NCBI GenBank assembly: GCA_021146965.1
Contig: GCA_021146965.1_4847.1
Length of the DNA: 46,431 nucleotides
Strand: one strand, 5' to 3'
Origin: a phage
Of the stretch, positions 1 through 12,919 are shown piece by piece. Position 1 is the stretch's first letter; the number at the start of each line of letters is the position of its first letter. The notes beneath the pieces are model-generated. The model searched no databases. It was given only the letters and a program-made list of their open reading frames with translations, and was not told the origin of the DNA. Position numbers and translations under genes: made by a program.

Positions 1-8
1 AAAAAAAA

Positions 9-401
9 ATGGCAGCACCAACACCTGAAGAATTAGTAAGCCAGATGGCATCACGTGGAATGACTATCACCACAACGGATGCGTCTGGTATTCTGTGCCT
101 TGTGGCATCAATCAGTGAATGCCTTGAGCTGAACTACCCCAATGATGAATGCCGGCAAAATGCGATCATGCTGTGGGCTTCCATCCTGATTAGCGCAAAT
201 ACCGCAGGGCGCTACGTCACCAGTCAGAGCGCACCATCTGGCGCATCGCAATCATTCGCTTATGGCAGCAAGCCGTGGGTGGCGCTATACAATCAGATGA
301 AACTACTGGATACAGCAGGATGCACTGGCGATTTAGTGGAAGACCCGGACGGCGGCGGCAAGCCGTGGTTTGCGGTTGTGCGTGGGAGTAAATGCAAATG
401 A
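9..401 (+). CDS. hypothetical structural protein (head-tail joining region)
   Basis: 130-aa ORF at start of a co-directional, tightly overlapping gene string preceding tail genes; no recognisable motif; start may be truncated by window edge. Confidence 0.45.
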   Translation: MAAPTPEELVSQMASRGMTITTTDASGILCLVASISECLELNYPNDECRQNAIMLWASILISANTAGRYVTSQSAPSGASQSFAYGSKPWVALYNQMKLLDTAGCTGDLVEDPDGGGKPWFAVVRGSKCK

Positions 402-739
402 CTTCACTGGCTAACTGGAGCTACACGCAACCATGCACCATCTGGCACAAAAGAGGCACTGACAAGTACGGCAAGCCAACTTTTGACGCGCCAGTGAGCA
501 TCATGTGCGATTATGGCTTTAACGATGATGTATCGACCGATGCGAAAGGCAATGAGATTGTGCAGAAAAATACATTCTGGACAGAATACACTGACGCTAA
601 TGTTGGTGATTACATCATGATTGGCACGGTGACAGAAGCTGACCCGCTGGCGGCTGGCGCAAATCAGATTCTGAATGTGATTAACTATGGCTCAACTTTC
701 AACAGGTCAGAGCCACCTGACTTTGCACTGGTGACATAA
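392..739 (+). CDS. putative head-tail adaptor / head closure protein
   Basis: 115-aa ORF overlapping upstream stop (ATGA coupling); size and position typical of head-tail connector proteins. Confidence 0.45.
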   Translation: MQMTSLANWSYTQPCTIWHKRGTDKYGKPTFDAPVSIMCDYGFNDDVSTDAKGNEIVQKNTFWTEYTDANVGDYIMIGTVTEADPLAAGANQILNVINYGSTFNRSEPPDFALVT

Positions 740-1137
740 TGCCAGCGAAATTAAGAGGCGTCCGACAGGCCGTAGAGAGAACATCGCAGATTGTGGATGA
801 GATAATCGCCACGAAAGCTGTGCGTGCAATTAAGTCAGCGACATACATCATCCGCACCGAATCAGCCACGCTAACGCCAATTGATACATCAACGCTAATT
901 AACAGTCAGTTTGATACCGTGGAAGTTAGCGGAACGCGAATCACTGGCAAGGTTGGCTACTCTGCAAAATATGCACTGTACGTCCACAATGCCAGCGGTA
1001 AACTTGCAGGGAAACCGCGCAGCAACGGCAACGGCACGTATTGGTCGCCGGGTGGTGAACCACAATTCCTGACCAAAGCAGCGCAACGCACAAAAGACCT
1101 TGTTGATAGCGTGATTAAGAAGGAGATGACACTCTAA
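739..1137 (+). CDS. putative HK97 gp10-like tail component
   Basis: 132-aa ORF; position between adaptor and tail genes; sequence style (YALYVHNASG...GTYWSPGGEPQFL) resembles HK97 gp10 family from memory. Confidence 0.45.
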   Translation: MPAKLRGVRQAVERTSQIVDEIIATKAVRAIKSATYIIRTESATLTPIDTSTLINSQFDTVEVSGTRITGKVGYSAKYALYVHNASGKLAGKPRSNGNGTYWSPGGEPQFLTKAAQRTKDLVDSVIKKEMTL

Positions 1138-1511
1138 TGAATATGCTTGAACTGGTTGATGCATATCTTCAGGATGCAGGATTGTACGATGGCTGGACTT
1201 CGCAGCTGCAGTTCTGGAATGACACCGGAGATGGAAGTGAGCAATTTATTGTTCTGCAATCCAACGGTGGCACTCAGGTTATGGATGGCCTCGGCGGTGA
1301 CTTCTATTTTTCGCTGTATGTTGTTGGCAAACAAGGCCAATACAATGTTGCTGATGTTGATTCGAAGGCCAATGAGATTATCGAATACATCAAAACACAC
1401 CCGATTGATTCATGCGTTAACTACATCCAGTTGCAAGCGCCACTTGGCAGGGCAATGCTGACGGAAGAAAAAAGACCAGTGCATGAACTGCTATTGCGTG
1501 TTGTGAAATAA
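1137..1511 (+). CDS. putative tail completion / tail terminator protein
   Basis: 124-aa ORF, start overlaps upstream stop; last gene before terminator and major tail gene. Confidence 0.4.
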   Translation: MNMLELVDAYLQDAGLYDGWTSQLQFWNDTGDGSEQFIVLQSNGGTQVMDGLGGDFYFSLYVVGKQGQYNVADVDSKANEIIEYIKTHPIDSCVNYIQLQAPLGRAMLTEEKRPVHELLLRVVK

Positions 1512-1514
1512 ATA

Positions 1515-1540
1515 AAGCCGCATGAAGCGGCTTTTAATTT
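1515..1540 (+). terminator. rho-independent terminator
   Basis: hairpin AAGCCGC-atga-GCGGCTT followed by T-rich run directly after stop of 1137..1511. Confidence 0.6.
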
Positions 1541-1616
1541 GGTGGACACGGACGAATTTGAACCTTCAATCAGCCGATTATTAGTCGGTTGCTTTAACCA
1601 ATTAAGCTACGCGTCC
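1540..1616 (-). tRNA. tRNA-like gene (77 nt, encoded CCA; anticodon loop CUAAUAA, anticodon reads AAU, identity uncertain)
   Basis: minus-strand sequence GGACGCG-TA-GCTT-AATTGGTTA-AAGC-A-ACCGA-CTAATAA-TCGGC-TGATT-GAAGG-TTCAAAT-TCGTC-CGTGTCC-A-CCA folds as cloverleaf: 7-bp acceptor stem (one G-U), 4-bp D stem with GG in D loop, T8/A9, U33, T-loop TTCAAAT; one mismatch each in anticodon and T stems. Confidence 0.45.
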
Positions 1617-2137
1617 ATAAGTGCTGGTTTAAGCATTGCCAGCGTGCTTTCTTAACATCCAGCCCCGTAACCCATACATACCCCTACATATGATTGCGAT
1701 AATGCTGGATATTAAGTGTTGTGGTGGCCGGTGCTGATCTCCGGCATAAGGCGCTTATTCGGCGGCGTCGAGCTTGCTTATTCGCTTGAGCCATCCTCGT
1801 GAGTCAGCCACGTCCCACTGCGCATCAGCCTGCGCATTCACCACAACGGAAAGAGCACTGATGCGCTCACTTGGGACTCCTTAGCCATAACCCACGGGCT
1901 TCTGGTACACCAATGCTCTTACCTGTTGTGTTCCCTGACTTATTAATCACACCTCAGGGACGCAGTGCGCCGAATTTGTTTACAAGGAATCGGAAGACCT
2001 TGCTGACTTACAGGCTATTACGTCGCCATCAGAACAACATCATCGTTTGCATTTATCTTTGTGGTCAGTTTCTAAAAAGTCCGCAAAGTCGCTCACGAAA
2101 ACTATCTGAAATACAATCTACACCACAAAATAATCGC

Positions 2138-2158
2138 TGTCAACACCTGTGATATAAT
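2138..2158 (+). promoter_or_regulatory. putative sigma70 promoter with extended -10 (TGaTATAAT)
   Basis: TGTCAACAC at 2138-2146, TGA+TATAAT at 2150-2158, 37 nt upstream of major tail gene ATG; same TGTCAACAC...TGaTATAAT arrangement recurs at 3531-3556. Confidence 0.45.
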
Positions 2159-2194
2159 CACCACGTTAGCAGCTAACACAATTCGGAGATCGAA

Positions 2195-2914
2195 ATGGCT
2201 ATTTGTGCAAATGATAAAGGCATTCTGGTCGGTCGCATGACCCGACTGTTCCTTGCTGAAGGGTGCGGCGACGCAGTTCCGGATGCAGGCGACTGGAAGT
2301 ATTTAGGCTCAACCACCAGTAAAGGCGTTGACTACTCGCCGCAGACCACTACGTCGGAAGCGGATACCGCTGGCGGCTTTGTTTCTACTCTCGTTACCAG
2401 CTCTGATATGACCATCAGTGCAGAGGTAGAAATCCGCAAGAATGACCCGAGCGATGAGTTTGGCTTCCATCGTCTTGTTGAGATTTACACCACTGAACTG
2501 AAGGCTCGCCGCCAGCCTTCCTTGTGGGTGCGTCAGGTGACTGGTGCAACTATCGTTACCGCGTATTGCAACATCACCAGCATCAGCTACGAAGGTGGCA
2601 CGAACGATATCGTTACTGGTAGCCTTGAGTTTAAGGTTTACGATTCTGACAGCGTTACCGTAGAAAGCCTTGAACCTCTGGCATTCACTACCTACCTGCA
2701 ATCAACTGGCACGGCCGGAAGCCCGTTAACCGTTGCTGTTGAAGGTGGCGTTGCTCCTTACACTTATGTATGGCGCAAAGATGGCGCAGTTGTTGATGGT
2801 GAGTCTGGCGCATCTCTGGCAAGCCCTACCGCTGGCGTGTATACCGTCACGGTAACTGATTCATCTACCGCCCCGGAAATTATCATCAGCACGGCGTGCA
2901 CGGTATCCCGATAA
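2195..2914 (+). CDS. major tail protein with C-terminal Ig-like (Big_2-type) domain
   Basis: 239-aa ORF with GGAGA RBS; C-terminal ~70 aa (TVAVEGGVAPYTYVWRKDGAVVDGESGASL...YTVTVTD) is a typical Ig-like decoration domain of siphovirus major tail proteins; followed by terminator. Confidence 0.6.
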   Translation: MAICANDKGILVGRMTRLFLAEGCGDAVPDAGDWKYLGSTTSKGVDYSPQTTTSEADTAGGFVSTLVTSSDMTISAEVEIRKNDPSDEFGFHRLVEIYTTELKARRQPSLWVRQVTGATIVTAYCNITSISYEGGTNDIVTGSLEFKVYDSDSVTVESLEPLAFTTYLQSTGTAGSPLTVAVEGGVAPYTYVWRKDGAVVDGESGASLASPTAGVYTVTVTDSSTAPEIIISTACTVSR

Positions 2915-2916
2915 AG

Positions 2917-2945
2917 AAAAGCCCCGAAAGGGGCTTTGTTTTATT
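2917..2945. terminator. rho-independent terminator (likely bidirectional)
   Basis: AAAAGCCCC-gaaa-GGGGCTTT hairpin followed by GTTTTATT; lies between convergent genes 2195..2914(+) and 2941..3141(-). Confidence 0.65.
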
Positions 2946-3141
2946 CTTGTGGTGGTTCTGGCAGATTGGCCCAGTGGGTAGCTGGAATTCCGTGACAGCA
3001 GTCCAATTCACTAACAAATATCTTGCTGCCAATATTATCGACAGCTTTACATGCCGCAGTTCTAACAACACCGCGAAATGCTGTAAGAACCATCGTTCCT
3101 TCTTCTGGCATTCGCTCACTACACTTAATCCACTGGCTCAT
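2941..3141 (-). CDS. DUF551-like protein
   Basis: 66-aa ORF MSQWIKCSERMPEEG...IPATHWANLPEPPQE matches the DUF551 pattern recalled from phage proteins; translationally coupled (ATGA) to upstream ORF. Confidence 0.5.
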   Translation of the reverse strand: MSQWIKCSERMPEEGTMVLTAFRGVVRTAACKAVDNIGSKIFVSELDCCHGIPATHWANLPEPPQE

Positions 3142-3281
3142 ATCACCTTGTCCTCATCAAAAATCACGCCAATAACGCGAAGTAAGTCTTTCGCCATGCG
3201 TTCCGCTTCCTCGTAGTCGTAACCTGCATCAACATACAAATCAGTGTAGAAAATCAGGTCAGCTTTTGTTTGTTCGTTCAT
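3138..3281 (-). CDS. small hypothetical protein (47 aa incl. stop)
   Basis: ORF MNEQTKADLIFYTDLYVDAGYDYEEAERMAKDLLRVIGVIFDEDKVI linking two flanking genes by ATGA overlaps at both ends; below ORF-track size cut-off. Confidence 0.4.
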   Translation of the reverse strand: MNEQTKADLIFYTDLYVDAGYDYEEAERMAKDLLRVIGVIFDEDKVI

Positions 3282-3472
3282 TTCTTGTCGCCACTGTTAA
3301 CTAATGCCCAAACAAGTGCCGCAACCCATCCAATAAAGCTCCACCCGACAAGAATATTCAGTACACAGATTGCTGTCGTGTTTGTGTGCTTGCGTTGCAA
3401 AGCCACAAATGATGGAAGAAGATAAACAAATATAACCAATCCAGCAAAAAGCAACAAAATAACAACATCCAT
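3278..3472 (-). CDS. superinfection-immunity-like small membrane protein
   Basis: 64-aa ORF with two hydrophobic helices; motif YLLPSFVALQRKHTNTTAICVLNILVGWSFIGWVAALVWAL resembles the Imm_superinfect family signature (LP..IA..R.H.N..aI...N...GWt.iGWv.AL.WA) from memory. Confidence 0.5.
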   Translation of the reverse strand: MDVVILLLFAGLVIFVYLLPSFVALQRKHTNTTAICVLNILVGWSFIGWVAALVWALVNSGDKK

Positions 3473-3530
3473 AACTCACCTCATTCATATCTCGTTTCGA
3501 TGATTTGAATCTACATCACCACCTCGCAGG

Positions 3531-3556
3531 TGTCAACACTACTGAGATGATATAAT
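3531..3556 (+). promoter_or_regulatory. putative sigma70 promoter with extended -10 (TGaTATAAT)
   Basis: TGTCAACAC 3531-3539 and TGA+TATAAT 3548-3556, ~30 nt upstream of 3586 ATG. Confidence 0.45.
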
Positions 3557-3585
3557 CAACATCAGTCAAATTCAGGATGCAAAAC

Positions 3586-4323
3586 ATGAGCAATCGCACG
3601 CCACTAACAGAAATCGGGGAGATGCGCATCTCGCTTTCTGACAGGAGTTTTTTCTTTAAGCCATCATTCCGTGCCATGAATGAAATTGGCACGCCAAAAG
3701 AAATCGTCGAGGTATACGCTAAGCTCAATGGCATTGATTATATTGCGCCGTTGCAGCACGTCGAATACCTGCCATTTGGCGCGCAGATGCAGGTTATGAA
3801 GACCATCAGCAAACCTGTGTATGGTCGCCATGTACTGAGCGCAGCCTATATCGTCATGCAATCATGCTGTGAAGATGATATTTCTGTGCTGATTGGTGGA
3901 TGGAAGCCAACACCGCGCGGTGTGCGATACGTGCCGGGAGTAATGCCAATTGGCGGCACTGGACATTTGCCAGGTGGAACAGGTGGAATTATTGAGATTG
4001 CCCGCTCATTAATGGAGCACGGCATTATTGGCAAATCACCACTCAAAGTGCCTGAGCGTCTGGAAGAGCAGGGTAAGAAAACCACAAATGAGTTTCATGC
4101 GTCGCAATACATCATCTCAGCGCGCACGCATTTCGACATGACGCGTGATGAGGCCGAAAACCTGTCCATGACAGAGTTTCAGATGATGATTAAAAATAAA
4201 TATCCAGAGCCGAAAGGGTTAACGAAAGAAGAGCGCGCGGCAGAGTACGATCAGGCTAAAGCAGACCGTGAGCGCATGAAGGCACTGGCTGAACGCAAAG
4301 CGAAAAAAGCGAGGAATACATAA
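3586..4323 (+). CDS. putative tail assembly chaperone
   Basis: ORF immediately upstream of tape measure gene (1-nt overlap TAATG); start moved from 3577 to ATG 3586 for AGGA spacing; basic C-terminus; function assigned mainly by position. Confidence 0.45.
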   Translation: MSNRTPLTEIGEMRISLSDRSFFFKPSFRAMNEIGTPKEIVEVYAKLNGIDYIAPLQHVEYLPFGAQMQVMKTISKPVYGRHVLSAAYIVMQSCCEDDISVLIGGWKPTPRGVRYVPGVMPIGGTGHLPGGTGGIIEIARSLMEHGIIGKSPLKVPERLEEQGKKTTNEFHASQYIISARTHFDMTRDEAENLSMTEFQMMIKNKYPEPKGLTKEERAAEYDQAKADRERMKALAERKAKKARNT

Positions 4324-6697
4324 TGGCTGAAGAAGTCGGCGGAATTGTCTATGAAGTCGGGATGGATGTTAAAGGCCTGAAGGCTGGCGCGACAACAGCC
4401 AATAAGACTTTAGGTGACCTTGAATCATCAACCAACAAAACCACAAGCGCCCTTGGCAAGCTGGATAAAAACGCCAGAAATGCTGGCAGCGGAATGAAAA
4501 ATGCTGGCGGCGCAGCTTCAGGGCTAAAAACGCAGATGACGGCTCTTGCTGGCGCAATATCCGTGTCACTGATTATCGAATGGGGAAAGCGATTCCTTGA
4601 TGTTGCCGATAACATGACACAACTTCAGGCAAGGATTGCTCGCTTGTCAACTGATGCGAAAACCGCGAACGAAACATTCAGTACACTGGCAAATATCGCC
4701 TCGACCACTGGCGCAAGTCTCAGCGACACCACGAAGCTGTGGGAAACATTGACGTCATCACTGAAAGAGGCTGGCGCGACAAATGCGCAGGTTCTTAACC
4801 TTACTGACACTCTGCAAAAGATAGGACGAATCGGCGGGTCATCAACAGAAGAAATGGCGAACGCCCTGCGTCAGTTCGGTCAGTCAATTGCTTCTGGCAC
4901 AATCCGCGCCGAAGAATTTAACTCCATCCTTGAACAGATGCCTGAACTTGCGCGCCAGATTGCAGCTGGACTTGGCATTTCAATGGGCGAACTTCGCGCC
5001 AGAATGCTTGACGGAAAGCTGACGGCAGAAGATGCACTGAATGCCATTCAGGACAGGACAAGCATCGTCAATGCTGAGTTTGAAAAACTTCCTCGCACAA
5101 TGGATCAGGCCGTTGGTTCTCTTGAAGTTTCATTCTCCAAACTTGTGGTTGCCGTTAACGATGCCACTGGCGCATCAAAAACAGCAGTAGAGATTATCGA
5201 CCAGCTGGCAAAATACATTGATTTCCTCGGCGACAAATCAACCAGCACGAGCGACAAGATTCTATCTCTCGCCACGGTTATCTCGAAGCTAAACCCAGGC
5301 GCATGGGCACAAATGGGGGTTGATGCGCTTTTCGGTGATGATGATATTGAGAAGCAAAAACAATATAACGATCAAGTCGAGCGATTCGTTAAGGCTTCAA
5401 AAGAAGGTTACGAGCAGACAAAGAAACAGGCTGAAGCAACAAAACACCTGAAGATTGCACAAGCACCAACCAAAGACAAGAAAGGCAAAGGAAAGGGCAA
5501 AAGCGCCGAAGAACGGCAAGCTGAGTCAGTTGCTGAAAAGCTGGAGAAATTACGCCAGCAAACCATGCTTAATGCCACATCTACCAGCGAACTCTCCCGC
5601 GATCAAGCCATCCTCAACGCGCAGCAATCGCTTGGCAAGGCTGCCACTCAGGAACAAATAAAACTGGCTGGCGAGTACGCTGCGAAGATTTGGGACCAGA
5701 GAAACGCGCTGAAGGAGCAGGCAGCAGCTGAGAAAGAAAAGCAGCGCGTAGAAAAATCATATCAGGGGTTGCGCGCCATTGCGTCACCAACATCTGGCAT
5801 TGATAGTGAATACCAGCAACGCATGGCTGACCTTGACGCCTACGCCGCAGCATATCCACAAAAAATCACGGAGATTGAGCAGACTCGCGCAGCAATTGAG
5901 GCACAGTACCGCCAGCAGAGAATGGACGCCATGTGGGCTGAATGGCAGCAGCAAAGCCTCGGGGCGCAATTGTTCGGCACGGCGCTTGATTCAGCGATGA
6001 GTACAGCATCAAACAGCATCACTGGATTGCTCACAGGCACAATGAGCGTTCAGGATGCAATGCGCAGCCTCGGCTCTACGGTGCTGAATTCTCTGGTAAA
6101 CAGCTTTGTTGAAATGGGCGTTCAGTGGGTTAAATCCGCCGTTATGGGGCAGACTGCGCAGGTTGCGGCAACAGCTACCACCACAGCGGCGCAAACGGCA
6201 GGACTCGCAACCACAACAGCAGCATCAACTGCAGCGGCAGCAACCACTACCGCAGCATGGACTCCAGCGGCAATCGTAGCATCAATCGGTTCATTCGGCG
6301 GGGCGGCTGCAATTGGTGTAGGTGCTGTTCTCGGGGCACTGGCAATGGGTATCGCTGGCAAGCGAAAAAATGGCGGCTCAGTTAGCGCCGGAAGTATGTA
6401 CGAAGTGGGCGAAAATGGCTTGCCTGAAATATTCCAGGCGTCCAACGGTCGCCAGTATATGATTCCCGGCAACGATGGCTCAGTTATCAGCAACAAAGAC
6501 ATTACCGGAAGTGGCAGTGGCGTTGTGGTTTATAATAACGTGATAAATAACAGCTCTGCTCAGGTTAGCAGCAGTGCCAGAGATAATGGTGATGGCAGTG
6601 TGACGATTGAGACTATCGTTAGTGATATCGAAAACAACGGCCCTATCGGGCAAAGCATTGGAAGAAACTACTCAGCAAGCCGGAGGGCAACTGAATA

Positions 6698-6698
<1 letters not shown>
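4323..6698 (+). CDS. tail tape measure protein
   Basis: 791-aa protein, long coiled-coil-like central region, Ala/Thr-rich hydrophobic segment (AQTAGLATTTAASTAAAATTTAAWTPAAIVASIGSFGGAAAIGVGAVLGALAMGIAG) typical of TMPs; largest tail gene. Confidence 0.8.
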
Positions 6699-10502
<3,804 letters not shown>

Positions 10503-10541
10503 TACAATATACATCAAATTCACAAAGGAGCATTTATTATA

Positions 10542-12809
10542 ATGGCTACCACACCAACCAATAAACCAATTCCGTCAGAAGACCCGCGCGACCTGAAGTT
10601 TAATGCTGGTAAAATTGACGAAGTTGTCAACTCTGACAATCACTACTACACCGATCGCTTTGGTCATCGCCGCTTTACAATTGCAGGATTCCAACACACC
10701 GCAGAAGAAGCAATTCGTAACTATGGCTACATCACAATGGATAGCTTCGAGGATGGCGCGACGCTGACGTTACCGAATCAGGTTTTGCGCTATGAAGCTA
10801 CTGGAGAATATTACCGCTGGGATGGTGAATTCCCTAAAACAGTCGCTTCTGGTTCAGCTCCTGCATCCGCTGGCGGTGTTGGAATTGGGAAATGGTTGAG
10901 TGTTGGTGATGCAGCCCTGCGCAGCCAGATTTCAGACCCGGATGGTGCGTCCAGTTACCCTGAATTGCAGATGGCAAGATGGCGTGATGAGGGTGATGTT
11001 CGAGGCTGGGGTGCTAAAGGGGATGGTGTAACGGATAGTACGGAGAATATAGCTGCTTCACTAAATTCTCAAAAAGCTGTCGTAGCATCAGACGGTGTAT
11101 TCTCTAGTTCTGGTATTAATAGTAATTACTGTAACTTAGACGGTAGAGGCAGTGGTGTACTAAGTCACCGTTCAAGTACAGGTAACTACTTAGTATTTAA
11201 CAATCTACGCTCAGGTCGCTTAAGTAATATTACGGTAGAAAGTAATAAGGCGACCGATACCACTCAAGGGAAGCAGGTATCTCTTGCTGGTGGTAGTGAT
11301 GTTACTATAAGTGATGTTAATTTCTCAAACGTTAAGGGCATTGGTTTCAGTTTAATCACATACCCTAATAATGCACCCTCTGATGGGCTTATGATTAAAG
11401 GCATTCGAGGTAGCTACTCCGGCTATGCTACTAATAAGGCGGCTGGATGCATACTTGCTGATTCCTCGGTTAACTCCCTCATAAATAACGTCATTGCTAA
11501 GAACTACCCTCAGTTCGGGGCTGTAGAACTGAAAGGTACAGCCAGTTATAACATAGTCAGCAATGTTATAGGGGCAGACTGCCAGCATGTAACTTACAAC
11601 GGTACAGAAGGGTCAATAGCTCCCTCTAACAACCTTATCAATGGGGTAGTGGCTAATAATCCTAAATATGCAGCGGTTGTTGCAGGCAAAGGTAGTGCCA
11701 ACTTAATCTCAGATGTGCTTGTAGATTTCTCAATCTCTGATGCTAGGCAGGCTCACGGTGTTACAGTAGAAGGTTCTGATAACGTCATAAATAATGTGCT
11801 TATGTCAGGATGTGATGGTAATAACTCTTTAGGGCAAGCTCAGACTGCTACAATTGCGCGCTTTATAGGTACAGCTAATAACAACTATGCGTCTGTATTT
11901 CCTAGCTACAGTGCTACAGGTGTTATTACTTTCGAATCAGGTTCTACCCGTAACTTCGTAGAGGTAAAGCATCCGGGAAGGAGAAACGACCTTCTCAGTA
12001 CTGCTAGTGCTATTAGCGGTGCAGATACTATTGACGGCACTAATAATAGCAACGTAGTGCACGCCCCTGCATTAGGGCAGTACATAGGCAGTATGTCCGG
12101 TAGGTTCGAATGGCGGATTAAGTCCATGTCACTTCCGTCAGGCGTTCTTACCTCGGCTGATAAGTACAGAATGCTTGGGGATGGTGCTGTGTCATTAGCT
12201 GTAGGAGGGGGTACTTCTTCTCAAGTTCGCCTATTTACTTCTAATGGTACTTATCGGACAGTATCACTCACCAACGGTAACGTGCGTCTTCCTACCAGTA
12301 GCACAGGTTATTTGCAGTTAGGTTCTGATGCAATGACCCCAGATAGTACTAATACATACGCATTAGGTTCCGCAAGTAGAGCATGGTCTGGCGGTTTTAC
12401 TCAATCAGCATTCACTGTTGTCTCAGATGCTAGGGATAAAACAGAGCCTCTTAATATCTCAGATGCTTTACTGGATGCTTGGTCTGAAGTTGACTTTGTG
12501 CAGTTTCAGTACTTGGACCGAATTGAGGAGAAGGGTGCAGACTCAGCTAGATGGCACTTCGGCATCATCGCTCAGCGAGCTAAGGAGGCATTCGAACGTC
12601 ACGGTATAGATGCACATCGCTATGGCTTCCTGTGCTTCGACAGTTGGGATGATGTATACGAGGAAGATGCCAATGGCTCTCGTAAACTGATTACACCAGC
12701 AGGTTCCCGCTACGGTATTCGTTACGAGGAAGTACTGATATTAGAGGCTGCGTTGATGCGGCGTACTATTAAGCGTATGCAGGAAGCATTAGCTGTTATG
12801 TCTAAGTGA
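10542..12809 (+). CDS. tailspike protein with pectate-lyase-like beta-helix and C-terminal intramolecular chaperone (peptidase S74-type) domain
   Basis: 755 aa; GWGAKGDGVTD motif typical of right-handed beta-helix depolymerases; C-terminal ~130 aa (SDARDKTEPL...WHFGIIAQRAKEAF...YGIRYEEVLILEAALMRR) matches the auto-cleaving chaperone domain of endosialidase/T5 L-shaped fibre type. Confidence 0.8.
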   Translation: MATTPTNKPIPSEDPRDLKFNAGKIDEVVNSDNHYYTDRFGHRRFTIAGFQHTAEEAIRNYGYITMDSFEDGATLTLPNQVLRYEATGEYYRWDGEFPKTVASGSAPASAGGVGIGKWLSVGDAALRSQISDPDGASSYPELQMARWRDEGDVRGWGAKGDGVTDSTENIAASLNSQKAVVASDGVFSSSGINSNYCNLDGRGSGVLSHRSSTGNYLVFNNLRSGRLSNITVESNKATDTTQGKQVSLAGGSDVTISDVNFSNVKGIGFSLITYPNNAPSDGLMIKGIRGSYSGYATNKAAGCILADSSVNSLINNVIAKNYPQFGAVELKGTASYNIVSNVIGADCQHVTYNGTEGSIAPSNNLINGVVANNPKYAAVVAGKGSANLISDVLVDFSISDARQAHGVTVEGSDNVINNVLMSGCDGNNSLGQAQTATIARFIGTANNNYASVFPSYSATGVITFESGSTRNFVEVKHPGRRNDLLSTASAISGADTIDGTNNSNVVHAPALGQYIGSMSGRFEWRIKSMSLPSGVLTSADKYRMLGDGAVSLAVGGGTSSQVRLFTSNGTYRTVSLTNGNVRLPTSSTGYLQLGSDAMTPDSTNTYALGSASRAWSGGFTQSAFTVVSDARDKTEPLNISDALLDAWSEVDFVQFQYLDRIEEKGADSARWHFGIIAQRAKEAFERHGIDAHRYGFLCFDSWDDVYEEDANGSRKLITPAGSRYGIRYEEVLILEAALMRRTIKRMQEALAVMSK

Positions 12810-12887
12810 GTAATACTAGTACGGTTAGATCAGTAGAGTTGGTTAACAGTAGCCTACGTACTACCAGGCTATTATTTATCAAGGTAT

Positions 12888-12915
12888 AAAACCCCGCCCA
12901 GGCGGGGTTTGTTTT
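12888..12915. terminator. bidirectional rho-independent terminator
   Basis: AAAACCCCGCC-cag-GCGGGGTTTGTTTT hairpin between convergent tailspike (+) and ssb (-). Confidence 0.65.
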
Positions 12916-12919
12916 ATCA

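Noticed and set aside
1-9. Poly-A run at the very start of the window
   Set aside because: Only 9 nt and at the window edge; cannot be distinguished from ordinary sequence, and ORF 9..401 may simply start here or be truncated.
1540-1616. tRNA-like element as evidence of an integrative (temperate) element or attP
   Set aside because: No integrase, excisionase or repressor gene was found anywhere in the window, so there is no support for a prophage lifestyle; the element is reported only as a tRNA-like gene.
1871-2152. 93-aa plus-strand ORF within the non-coding gap upstream of the major tail gene
   Set aside because: Arg/Leu/Pro-rich translation, no RBS, and it runs through the promoter elements of the major tail gene; more likely non-coding DNA.
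6122-6502. 126-aa antisense ORF inside the tape measure gene
   Set aside because: Lies entirely within and opposite to a well-supported long CDS; Ala/Val/Pro-rich translation is the mirror of the Ala/Thr-rich TMP segment. Judged spurious.
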